This document shows, piece by piece, positions 28,245 to 40,888 of a DNA stretch of 64,000 nucleotides. Below the pieces are notes generated by a model that had not been told where the DNA came from, ran no database searches, and saw only the letters and a list, made by a program, of their open reading frames with translations. A program made the translations under genes and the position numbers. The stretch is from Paraspadella gotoi (Eukaryota; Animalia; Chaetognatha): positions 14,856,963 through 14,920,962 of the forward strand of contig CM119265.1 of the NCBI GenBank assembly GCA_051294375.1, given 5' to 3'. The stretch's first letter is position 1. Each line of letters begins with the position of its first letter.

Positions 28245-29271
28245 ACTGGCGGCGAATCCCTGGAGCGACTTTAGCCACAACAAGAATTGAGGATCCAATC
28301 TCTCTCTCTCTCTCTGCTTTCTCTTCTCATCCTCTTCTCTCTCTTCTCTCCGCAGTTCAACACACACACGGCCATCACAACACACAACACATAAAGCCCA
28401 AACAACAAAAAAAAAAAAAAAAAAATATTAAATCTCTTCTCTCTTCTTTTCTGGTTTCTAAGAATTCGACGTACGAGAAAAAAAAAAAACAACATAAAAG
28501 TCACTCAAAAATAATCCTTAAAAAAAGTCATTAATTATAAATTAAAAATTAATAATTATAAAGAAGGAATAGGCTTATTTAATTTAAATGAGTATTCTTT
28601 CTCTTTAATGGATTATCGAAAAATCTTTCGTCCGCCATCTTGTCGCATCGATCTTCAGTGAAAAAAGTTTGTTTTAGTGACGAGAGTTTTTGTTTTTGTC
28701 GTCTTGTTCGAGGCGACGCCAAACCAGAATCGATTTATCCGCTCTCTCGCTCTCTCGCTTTTTTCCTTTCCTCTGTATTCTCCGTCAGGGTGCCTTTTTG
28801 TTCTCTCTCTCTCTCTCTCTCCTTTACTACTTTACTTACATCAATATTTGCTATTTCTTTATTTCCTGTTAAGAGTCTAACCAGACTGTTACTGGTCTGT
28901 AATTTCTATTCATTCCGCCTTTGATTTACTAATTATCTCGCCGGTTTTATCAAGTTACCTTCTTCTTTGAAATGCAAAACCAAATAAACACAACCTCTCG
29001 ATGTTGATGATGATGATCATCAACAAATATATTATCAATAAAAAATAGAAAATTTTACATCGGAGGCGATACAACCCGGAAATTGACACCAATTGTTATA
29101 TAGATAAAAAGTTTGTTGTTTTTTCTTCTTTTTTCCTTTTTTTTTTTTGGTTATATGTTTTTTGTTTTTTATTTTTGTTTAATTATTTTGTATTTTATTT
29201 ATTATTTTCTATGAAATTGGTACAACCAATATAATAATTATCCATTCATTTAATCATTTAATTCATTTATA

Positions 29272-32200
29272 TCACTCGTAAACTAATGCTTTCCCAAATG
29301 AGCCGTTCCTGCTGACGCCGCCGCCGCCGCCATCGACCCTGCTCTTGCTCCGCATGCCGATGACGGGTCGAATCGCTGGTTCCGGTCTCTCTCCTTCCTC
29401 CACGTCGTCCGAGGTGGCGTATCCGGCGGAGGAGGCCTCCGAGACGAGGGAGATCCTCTGCGACAGGAATGGATCGGAGCCGCGCCGCTCTGGCTCGAGC
29501 TGGTCGCCCGCGCCGCAACGGATCATCTCGACGGCGCTCTCCAGATTTGGGTCGGCGCAAGAATTCTTTCGGTTACGTTTTTTCGACGAATTCTTGGTTG
29601 AGAGTCGCGGCCAATCGCGCGCCGACTTTTCCTTGACGGTTTTTTTCTTGCGGTTGATAAAGCGAACGACGTTGACCGTGGTGGCGAAGTCGCCCTCCCC
29701 AGCCTTGAAGCTTCGACCGTAGTCGGTCTTTCTATTGGGAAGGAAGAATAAAATCATTATCACTTATCATTTTTATCATCTTATCTTATCTTTTCTATTC
29801 TCCTTTTATATATTTTCCATTTCTATTCACCCTCGTAACTTCCTGGTACATGAAACTTACTGGTTCCACTCTTCGAACAGAGCGAAATACTGCGATTTGG
29901 AAATATCCCCGTTGTTCAGCATCGCGTTCATCTTCTTCATTTCCTCTCGGGTCCCGCGAATCTCGAGCCGGGTCTCGTCGGTGACCTCGTCCAAAACGGG
30001 CGTCTTAGCGTCGCCGTCGACCGTGGATTCCGGTGTCGTCCCCAGCGAATGTTTGAACTTCTTGAGGCTGCCGAAAAAAATGCTGGAGGCTCGATCCCTC
30101 GAGCGGGGGCTTCGAGAGGTGGTGGGGGTTGAATTCGGTACCGAGTCGGATTCCTTATTTTGGTCGAGACCCATCGGGGGAATGTCGAGGGCGCCGACGA
30201 GGGGGTTCACCTCGTCGGCGTCGGAGTCGATGACGTCGGCCTCCGACTCGTTCCCCCCTCTCTCTTCTTCTCCGCCCTCTCCTGTTTCTCTTCTTCCCTC
30301 CTCCGCCTCTTCCTCGCCTCTCTCCTTCTCTCTCGCTCTCATCGCTTCGTACTTTTCGAGGCTGACGAGATTCATCGAGCGGCAGACTTCCTCGTCTTCT
30401 AAATCGTCTTCGTAGAAACTGAAATGTTAAGTTCATAAATATTAAATAATTATAAACATCGTATACGATTAAAAGGTACCTTAAATTTTCTTATTGAAAT
30501 TGATTATTGAAATCACGAAATTTGGAATTTTTTACAGATAACTTATGAAAATTAATGAAATTATGAAATTTATAAATTTGATTCTAAAGCATATTTATTT
30601 TTATTTAATATTTTTAATGTCTACAAATTTGTAATTTATACTATTTCATTTTCGCCTGAACAAATCCCTACAACCACAACCTTTTCGCGGATTCTCCGTT
30701 TTCCTTGGGCGTTGACAGCGCCGATTGCCTCTCGTGCAGATCGAAAAAATCGACGAAAAAGTCGGCGAGTTGTTCGTGGCCGTTGGCCAGCGCCGTCTCC
30801 AGCGGCGTCCTGCGGTCGGCGTCGCGTCGTCGCAACGCCTCTCGGAATCCAGGCGTCTCGGACAGCACCGCGGCCGAGTTGACGAGCCCGTTGGCGGCGC
30901 AAAAGTGGAGGAGGGTGGGAAAGCGGCGACGGGAGGAAGAGGAGGATGAAGCGGACATTGAGAATCCCTGATCGTCGGTGAAGGTCGCCTGAGGTGTCTC
31001 GTCGGCGGGGGTCTTGCTCCCGGACGACGCTGTCGAACCAGTGTCGCTGGTTTGTCTCGATCCGGCCCCTCTCTTCCCGTCGGTCGGCGGGCGTCCGTAT
31101 TTGAGACGGTGACTGAGTTGGCGATCCACTTCGTCCGGTGTGGCTCGAGGCAGATCGAGACTCTCGGCGAAAATCTCCAGAGGGTCGAGGCTGGCCTCCA
31201 GATGTTTGCTCAAGAGGGCAGTCGGGGTTTGGTAAAGAACTTTGGCCTCTTCTCGTCGACCGTTTTGGGACAAAGAAACGACGGCCAAGCCTTTGGAATC
31301 GGGCGGAACGCGGAAGACGACGCAGTGGGGATTGATGAGTTTGTAAAAAGGAATGGGAGAGGAATCATCGTCGTCGTCATCCTCGCAGGAGCCGGAGCCG
31401 GCGCGGCGAATTCGCAGCCGGAAGTCGGCGTCGGGATCGAGGCGCCAGGTTTGCAAAATGACGTAGGCCCGATTGTCGCCTTTGGTCGGGAACGCGCTCG
31501 GCGACACGATCATCTCTTGGACTTCGCGTGAGGGGTTTGTGTCGGTGCTGCCAGAGCTGACGGATGCGGTGCCGACAGAAGTAGAGGCGCCGACGGATCC
31601 CGTGCTGACAGAAGAGGCCGAGCCTCGACGCTTCATTGACTTTTTAGCTTCGACTGTCTTCATTTCTGCGGCTGCTTTGGTCAGACTTAAAATGAATCTG
31701 CACGAAATTAAGGAAAAAACGTTTAAAATTAAATATCGGGCATTTGTTTATTTTAAATTTCAGATGAGGAATTACAGTAAAAGGATTTCAACCTGTTTTG
31801 CTCCTCCTTAGAGTCTTCGCCGTCATAGTGGCGCAAATCGACGCCGGCCTCCGTCGCCGCCGCCAAAAGGACGCCGGCTGTAGAGACTCTTGCGCCTTCA
31901 ACACCCGCGTACCTGAAGATAATAAAAAGGTTAGGAGATTTATGCACTCATAATTTTTAAATGAAAAGTTAGTTCAGGATCTTTCGAGTTTATCCTTTCC
32001 GAGACATCACTCACCTCGTTGAATCCACTACGATGACCTTAGACGAGTCGGAGAGCATCCTCAGCAGCGTCGCCCGTGTGCCCGGGAATCGGTCGCAGAT
32101 CGACTCCAATTGCGGCGAAACGACGAGGAGTTTGAGATTTTGCGCGACTTCTTCTTCCTTGAAGGCAACGTCCCCGTTGACCAAGTGCGACTTCACTTTG

Positions 32201-32283
32201 GCAAAGTGTTTGGAGAAATGTTGGGAGACGACGAAGGTTGTCCAAGCCGCCGTCTCGGGAGCGAAGATGGCACAGAGACTCAT
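29272..32283 (-). CDS. PIK3AP1: BCAP/BANK1/Dof-family PI3K adaptor (TIR-like, DBB, ankyrin repeats, conserved C-terminal helix)
   Basis: Five phase-compatible exons: 32283-32015, 31912-31793, 31697-30681, 30418-29861, 29731-29272. N-terminal MSLCAIFAPETAAWTTFV resembles the start of the BCAP TIR domain. DBB-like 'MIVSPSAFP..AYVIL...LINPHCVVFRVP'. Ankyrin 'FPTLLHFCAANGL...ETPG...TPLETALANGHEQLADF'. YxxM motif 'YEAM'. 'EEMKKMNAMLNNGDISKSQYFALFEEWNQ' resembles the BCAP '..LQEQVK.G....EA..HFKEWQ' segment. The symbol denotes the family; one-to-one orthology is not shown. Confidence 0.85.
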
Positions 32284-32829
32284 GACGAAAGAGGAAGAGC
32301 GAGGAAGAGCGATGAAGCCGATTTGTCGACAAATATCTCGATCCCCTCGATCCACAACAGAGAGTTTGTGCAGAAAATGTTATCGATCCGCGTCGTATGC
32401 AATAAGATTTTGGTCGAAATTTTATACAAACATTTCTGGACCCCGCCAAAAAAAAAAGCGGGCGGGAATTCCACGGTTTTTCACTCGACTCTCAACTCGG
32501 AACTTCTTCGAATCTAAAATAATAAACCGTCCTAACGTCACCGCTTGGTTCAAAATGACTCAACAACCAAAACAGAGTCGATTCTATTCGCGTTTGTTCT
32601 GATTCTGAAGTCTCGTAAACATCGAGAATCATGCGGGTCATCGGAGAAGAGATTAAAAAGCGGTCATCAAACGGAGATCGAAGCGCAGATCGAAGCGGAA
32701 ATCTCAAGCAGCAGGGCCGGATCATACGTAGTCGTACGTACATAATTAGCGGTAGAATACCATTGATAGGGGATTTAAAAAACAGAGATCAATCAAACGA
32801 TATTTCTGAGAAGAGAAGATCTGTGGCTT

Positions 32830-32889
<60 letters not shown>

Positions 32890-34529
32890 GTCTCTTGTCC
32901 CCGATGTTCAGATGATTTTTCTATTTTCTTCTGCTCTAAATGATTTTTGGCAGAGGGTCCCTCCCTCTTGCGCTTGGACGGGCAGCGCGGCTGGGCGGCG
33001 CTCGTCACCGCTTCCCGATTCCTCCGCCGCTGCGGCTGTCGCAGCCGCCGCCGCAGCAGCCTTTTGGTTGAAAACCGGCGAGAGTTGAGAGGGAGAAAGT
33101 GAGGGGAAAGGAAGTGAAGGAAAGAAAAGAACAGGAAAAAAGGATGATTGATTTGGGCGATTGAATTTTCGTCAACGGAGAATGAAGGAACAAAAAAAAA
33201 AAACTGCACGCAGCCACGGCCGATTTTGTGCCAGAAAGACGAGCGCATTCTCGTTTGCATTTTCTAATTCATCGCTAATTTCGTATTCGAATATCATGAC
33301 AACAAACTAAAAATTAACATAGAAAAAAAATATAAATACAGCTTTCTAGACAAGAAGACAAACAGAACGAAAGGAACAAGAAAGAACAAAAAGCAGAGAA
33401 AGTCAACGGGTCTCCCCCGGCGCAAAGTCTTCCGCCAGAGTCGCTTCTTCGCGTGAGAAATTGTCACTTTTTTTCCGCTCGTCTCGCTCTGTCTTTGACT
33501 CCCTCTCTGTCGTCGTCTTCGTCCCTGTCTCTCGTTTCCGCTCATAAATGTTGTAATTCCTTAAACGACCGAGAAAAAGTTGAGTGCCTTTTTTCTTTCC
33601 GAAGAAAAAAAAAATTATTTCCTCTCTACTTTTTCTTCTTTTTTTTTTGGCTTGTCGACAAAGGATTAGCCTATTTTACTTTTATAGATTCCTTATTATT
33701 TTCGCTCCGCTTCTTATGCTTCTTTATACTTATTTTTCTTTAATTTTTCACATTATCTCTCTTTTCTCAATATTTCACTTTAAAAGAAAATATTGTACAT
33801 TGAGCTTTGTCTCAGAGACATCTGTCACGACGTCACTTCACGATCACTGAATTGTCGCCGCGCCACGCCAGCGAGGCTCCAAATCAACGCCACGCCCGCG
33901 TCAGACCGCGTCACAATATCGGGCGATGCTACGCCACCCCGCGAGCTTTTCTTCCACCGAACTGCGTAATTGGCATTCAATGAATTCGCCAATTATGCTG
34001 AATTTCAACAATGGAATCAGTCACCCTCCGTTGATGGCGGAGCGGCGCGGCGCGGCGCTGCCGACTAAGGGGGGAGTGACGGAGAAGCAACGGGGACATT
34101 TTGGAGAAGAGCGAGGGGATGTGGAATGTTCTGTACGGCGGATTGGCGAGGCGAAGAGGCGGTGAGGCGGCGTGGCGGCGGCCGGCCGCGAGAAATATGG
34201 GTTTCGCCGTTTCCGCTTCGAGGAACCTCCTTTCTTTTTTCTCTTCTTCTCTTTTTTCTCCGATTTTATTTTTCTGATTTTTTTTTCTTTCTATCTTCTC
34301 TCTTTTTATGTTTCACTTTACAGTTTATCATCCCTAACTTACGTACTTATTTTTTTTTTCTCCATACCGTTTGGTTTCCCTTGATTCACTCTTAATCTAA
34401 TGACTTATATTTGTTCTATATAAGACATTATCGAATTAAAAAATTAAAGACCGCAACGTGGATTTAGAGGATTCCTCTCGATCGGATCGCCCTGTCTCGC
34501 CTCCAATTGCGAATGACAAAGTTGACTGC

Positions 34530-35050
34530 TCTCTCTTCTCCCCTCAATTCTCCCTTTCCTCATTCCTTCTCCACCTCATTCTCCCTTTCCTCATTCCTTC
34601 TCCACCTCGATTCTCCCTTTCCTCATTCCTTCTCCCTCATTCTCTCTTTCCTCATTCCTTCTCCACCTCAATTCTCCCTTTCTTTCATTCCTACTCCACC
34701 TCAAATTCTCCCTTTCCTCATTCCTTCTCCACCTCGATTCTCTCTTTCCTCATTCCTTCTCCACCATCGATTCTCCCTTTCCTCATTCCTTCTCCCCTAG
34801 ATTCTCCTTTCCTCATTCTTCTCCACCTCAATTCTCCCTTTCCTCATTCCTTCTCCACTCAATTTCCCTTTCCTCATTCCTCTCCACCTCAATTCTCTTC
34901 CCTCATTCCTTCTCCACTCAATATTCCCTTTCCCCATTTCCTTCTCTACCTCATTCTCCTTTCCTCATTCCTTCTCCACCTCGATTCTCCCCTTTCCTCA
35001 TTCCTTCTCCACCCCCTCATTCTCCCTTTCCTCATTCCTTCTCCACCTCC
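34530..35050. repeat. About 31-bp pyrimidine-rich minisatellite (attctccctttcctcattccttctccacctc), about 16 copies
   Basis: Directly visible tandem array. It produces the spurious 242-aa ORF at 34458-35186. Confidence 0.9.
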
Positions 35051-35319
35051 CACACCCATATATTCCCATTTTTCCTGCTCCTCCTCCACGCCCAATTTTC
35101 CCCCCCTTCCTAAATCGTATTCCTCCCCTAATCAAATTCCTCTTGTCACAATCTTTCAATCTCTCGCCGCGGTCCCGAAGACGTGACCGCTGAACCCCCC
35201 GAACCCCCAGCCCCACTCATCCCGGTCCCTCCGTCCGCCATATCGCGGCACGTGACCGAGGCGACTGCGGCGGGAATACGCCCGTGGCATAACAAACAGT
35301 CCCGGGGGAGGGGAATGGG

Positions 35320-35413
<94 letters not shown>

Positions 35414-35950
35414 TGAGAGTGTGCGAAAGAGGTGCGCGTAGAAAGACGATACAAAAAACTAGAACAATCAAATGATAAAAGGGAAGTTAGGGAGGTGGCG
35501 AGGAAATGTTGATAAGGCTTACACTTACTGGCTTACAGGACGGTGGTGAAAGATACTAATGAAAATTAATTAAATATTCCATAAGGGAAAATAAAAAAGT
35601 AACATGAACATACAGTATGCAATTTTAAGAGGGTAAAAATGGGCGGAGAAGGCTGGGGAGGGGAAATAAGAGGAAAAAAAAGAATGTATTCCCCTCGGCT
35701 CATGAAATCACGTTTAAATCGACCATATTTCGTTTTTCTGACTGCCATTCTTCATTCTTTCTGGGACCGCGTGAAATTTGGCGGGAAGAATGTAAAATCA
35801 ATGGAGGGAAATAGCCGGGTGACGAATTCGAAGAAGGGAGGTTGATGGCGGAGGAATGTCGCACCCATCTGTGAAAGGCTTCGACCGTGAAAATTGACAA
35901 CTGAAAATAATACTCGTCATCATTTACACTATATCATTATTACCCAATCT

Positions 35951-35989
<39 letters not shown>

Positions 35990-38900
35990 GCTCCTTCCTC
36001 ACGAATCGCGTCTTTTTTCATTCGTCGACGTCGAAACCCGAAATTTTAAGAGTCGCAGAAAAATTCACCCTCTCACTCTCTGCCTGCTTCTTTCTCTCTC
36101 ACGAAATTTGGGAGCGGCAAAAATCCGCGCTTCTGCATAACAATGGCGTCGGGAAGGAAACACTGCGCGCGTTCGCAAACAATGAGCAGAGCGGTGCCGC
36201 CGCCGCTTCCGCCGCCGCTTCCGCGCTTCCGCCCTTGTGAATGACGGCGTGGGATATTCTTTTGATGATTTTTTTTTATTTTCAGTATCGTCGCAAATAA
36301 GCGAAAGTAACATTCGCAGCGCAGTTTCAAAGGCAAAAAGGTTTTTTTTGGATTAATGCAATTGAAAATAATCATTTATTTAATTATTATTATTATTATT
36401 TTTATTATTATATTATTATTATTATTATCAAAGCAGGAATCACATACACAAATTGACATTCAAATTCAAATACTGTACTTTATGTACTTTCATCATAACC
36501 AAAAGAACATTGCGAATACATGCTTACCAACAAAAGCGACAAAAAGCTCAGCTCGTCCTCAAAGTCAATACTTGTAAGGTATCCTCTGAGGATGTTGTGA
36601 GCCGAAACGACAAAACGCTTCTGAATGTTTTCCAATCGAAAAAAAAAATCGTATAGATGTTCGAAGTACATTTGCATACTTCATTTAAAGAACATAAACC
36701 CTTTTTATTCCGGTAAACGTCGTTTCTAGGTAAACAAGCGTCATGCTTTATTCAGCAGATCCACATTTGGCAGATGTTTGGCACAAAAGCCATTTGGCTA
36801 AACGTTACGAAATAATTGCTTATTCGAAAATACTTTTTTTTCTATGGAGTAAAACGAGACGTCTATTAACACGGTATTACTCATAAATTAATGCACAGGT
36901 GCTCGGGTTTTCTTTTTACTGAATTTTTTTTTTTATTAAAATGGATATCCCGCAAGTAACTTAAAACATTTTCAATAGAAAGCTTTAAAGTTTTTTAAGC
37001 ACCTCGCGAAACTAGTGACATCTGACGGAAGCAGCGGCGTTCGCTAGAAAACGGTTATTGCTCACGAGCGCCAGCGCCACTACCGCCGCCGACGCCGCAA
37101 GCGAAAGCGATCATCGGGCTTTCATTTTCGCGCTCGCGCTTACAACCGGCTCTTTCTCGCCTTCAACCATTTCCGCCTGTAAATTTCCATAATTTTGAGA
37201 TTATTGAAGTCTTATGAACCTAAACATGCCCTCTTTCAGACCTTCCCCGCCAAAAAAGGATGTGAGAAGAGGGGGTTGCCTTTCTTAAACAAAGTTGCTT
37301 TGTATATATATATTTTACAAACCGACGCATCAATTATTTGTTTGTTTTTCTTTTTTAAATAAGTTTACCACTTTATTAATTTAATCCTCAAGGTCGCTTC
37401 TTGCGGATAAAAACAAAGTACTAAATAAAGTGGGTTTTTATTTTTGTCAATTCCTGTAGTATTCTCATTAAATATAAACATTTCTGATTAAAATCTTTTA
37501 CTTTTTAAAAGTTTTAGCGCCAAGGAACAAATTGTAGTAAAAAATCCATTACAGATGGCGTTTATGATGTCACGTGACGTTTTAGTGCCGTCAGCCTCGA
37601 TTTTTCGATAACAAAACTTTTTTTTTCCAGCGGTGGGAGTATATTTTGATCCGACGAAATTTCAATGAACTTGGTTGAGGAAGGAGAGAGGGCAATGGAT
37701 AAAAGTGGAGAGAGGGAGCAAGGTCAAACTCGCGGCAAAACTACGCATGACAAAAGATTCTCAGAAAACACTTCCTGAATTTTAACGAAAATGGGGAAAA
37801 AGAAGAAACTCTCGCCGAGACGGCCGCCTTGCTCGACCCCGCCCGGTTCGGCACAGCCCGAACCAAAGGCGGATGGGCTCGGCGACCTTGAACGACCGCA
37901 TCAAATAGTGAAATCCAAAGAAGGGGCGATTTCTATTAGTAATACAAATTTTTATGAGAAAATTAAAATTTTGAAGGCTATAAAAAAGAGCCACGATAAA
38001 AACGTTTTGAACTAGAGAAAAAATCAGCTCGAAGTTTTTTTCTTTTCTGTTCACGAAACGTTCTTCACAAAATCCCTTAAGAAACAAAGAAGTATTGACC
38101 AAAAAAAATAAAGCAATTTTCAAGCTGAGATAAAAAGGAGTCCCCACCAAAAAATGACCACGTCGGTTGTCGTTGTTGCCATCAGTGAGAAAAAATTGGT
38201 TTATCAATCCCTACATTATCTTTTTCGCAGAAAAAAAGCTTATTTCATTGTATAATATATTTTAAAAGCGAATTGATTCGAGGAAAACGTTCTACGTCCT
38301 TGTTACTCAGAGTCAGCCTCATTTCCGCTGCCTACTTAATAATCTCTCATAAACGCTAGTTTCACGATTGCGTCTCTCGCTACTCATCAACCTTTCGACC
38401 CTAACGACCTTCCGGGTGACATGCAGGGGCAATCTTTCAACTGCGCGGGGGCGTCCTCCCCCAACGCCAAGCTCCCGCCAAAACGAAGCGCTTCCGCGAG
38501 ACGCCCTCGCACGGCGAAAAAAAAGAGAGGGAGAAAGCGAGTACTACAGTGCGCTTCGAGACTCCCTCGATCGGTGATTAGAAGGAAGTAGAGCCCGAGG
38601 AAAAAGAGGAAAATAAAGAGAAGGGAAAGAGACGATAAAAGAAGAGCAGGGGGGGAGATCGGACAGTGGTCGAAAAGGCGGGAATCGAGGGAGAATGGGG
38701 GTGACCTAGGGAGCGCGTAAAATGAGTTGGGGGGGGGGGAAATGAGCGAGAGTTATTTTTAAGAATTTTACGCAACCGCTTTCTCCCTCTCATTTTACCA
38801 TCGCTAATCATTGGCACCGACAATACCTAAAAAATATAACGACTAAAACTGTCTCACAGATATTAATTAAATAACAGATATAAAATTGACGCGGTCATAA

Positions 38901-39254
38901 CTCGATTAAATAAAAACAAATGACATTAACAGAATCAATGGGAAAGATAAAATAAATCCGACCAAAAATAACCCTCTTATCGATTTAACGATAAAAATAT
39001 AAGAAAAAAACAACTGGAAATATTTGTTTTGAGGAATGAGGAAATTGTTCGGGAATTAGCCCAATCATCGTGTTCAGTGTCTGCCCGCTTGGAGGAAGGA
39101 GTTTCGATCCGCGTGATTTTAGAATTTTCTTAGATGAAACGTGTCACTTTGGTTGCAAGACGTTCCGAAACTGGGCATAGGTCGTTACGGTTTGGGGATC
39201 ATGACGTCAAGATGGTAGTGAGTAAAAGACGTCACGTTAAGGGGGCACACGATG

Positions 39255-40833
39255 TCACGAAACGGCCGTTCTTCGCCGCGTAACGTCAGCGTCTTTTCCG
39301 TTGCCGAACGAAGACGATCCCATCTTTAGTTGAAGAGCCAATTGGTAGGCCACTTCGAAAGCCTGACCCAGCGTCAGGATTATTTCCGACGCGAGGACCT
39401 GAAGTGAATTTTTTTTATCTTCGAAATTCTCCAAATAATAACAAAAACGGCCTCGAATCCCTCAAATGAAAGCAATTAAAAAAACCCACCATGGATGTCG
39501 CCTTGAAGACGTGGCAGAAGTGCTTGTCGACGTGTTCGTCCTTTGTGACGTAGGCGAGGAAGCGGAGATCATCCTCATCCTGAGCGGCGCAGTGGATGTT
39601 GCGGATCTCGTGGTCGCAGATGGCGATGCTGGTGGCCGAGTCGCGGAACGAGACGCCCCGGTACGAGATGGAGAGCGTGATTTCGGGAACCTTTACGATG
39701 TTGGCCGTTGAATCCTGAGAATGCCGTACGTTGTATTGTATTTAGTATATTAATTATATCATTATGAATAACGTTACCGAATTTTTTAAGGATTTTACCG
39801 TTTAAGAAAAGAATCGTTTGTATATTACATACAACCGAACATAAACCAAACACTTCCCTCTTTCTAGCAAAAGAAAATACTTTTCCTACAACCCCCCCCC
39901 AAAAAAAAACCAGGGCGAGCCACTTCCGCCTCGGTTTCCTTTTCAACTTCCCCCGGTTTCCTTTTCAACTTCCCCCGGTTTCCTTTTCAACTTCCCCCGG
40001 TTTCCTTTTCAACTTCCCCCGGTTTCCTTTTCAACTTCCTCCGGTTTCCTTCTTTCGGGGGAAAAGAAAAAAACCCGACGGGTTATAATAAAGAGGCCAA
40101 AGGTCGCGTTTGGGTTGGGGCTTGTTTTGGGGGGGGCTGCGGGGGTGCCCCCCTTGGACCCGCCGGCCGTCCCGGCGTCTCAGAGGCCAACCCACACAAA
40201 AAGCATCGCGTCAACGAGTCAAAGATCAAAGGGGATATCCCGGCTCCAGGACCAACTCGACCTTTTTTCTCACGAAAATCTTTAACATCCTGGGAAGAGG
40301 AAGAAAGGGGGTGAGGATGTGGAAGGAATGAGGAAGCGAAAATTGGAGAAGGGCAGGAATAAGAACCGAGGTTACCGGCAGCCCTGGCTAAAAAAAATAA
40401 AAATTGAGGCAGAAAAGAGGATCGTTTGATTTATATTGTAAATTTCTCTGTTTTTACCAACCTTGCATGAATACCAACCGAGACTGAAACTTTNNNNNNN
40501 NNNNNNNNNNNNNATTGCACTAATGGCACTAAAAATAAAATTCAAACAATTAAAAAAAATAGCTAATTTAAGATAATTAATAGCTTAATTATGGTTTAAC
40601 ATAGTAAAATTTTAAAGCAAAGTTCTTGATGAACACTGGAAATTTATTCAAAAGGAGAGCTTCCCGTCATCAGGAAAAGTGCGTGTTATTTACAAACAGG
40701 CAATACCCAAGACTTGAATTTCGTTCAGTCTTTCAACGACCGGGGTCAACGACCGGCCTTTAAGAATTTTCCTAAGGAGGAACGCCATCTTCGTCACAAT
40801 TCGCAAATGCGCTCTGTCTCGTTCTCTCCCAAA

Positions 40834-40888
<55 letters not shown>

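Noticed and set aside
29345-32602. Plus-strand ORFs of 125-226 aa
   Set aside because: They are antisense shadows of the GC-rich BCAP exons.
34458-35186. 242-aa Pro/Ser/Phe-rich ORF
   Set aside because: It is a read-through of the 31-bp minisatellite.
37553-37578. YY1-like AGATGGCG next to palindromic GTCACGTGAC (CLEAR/USF box)
   Set aside because: It looks like a promoter, but no associated gene start could be established and short motifs arise by chance.
33850-38600. Possible small spliced gene between BCAP and ANKS1 (exon-like pieces near 33900-34000, 35150-35260, 36530-36620, 37140-37180, 37790-38015)
   Set aside because: Some splice-like sites exist, but I could not build a phase-consistent model or recognise a domain. 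RNA-seq is needed.
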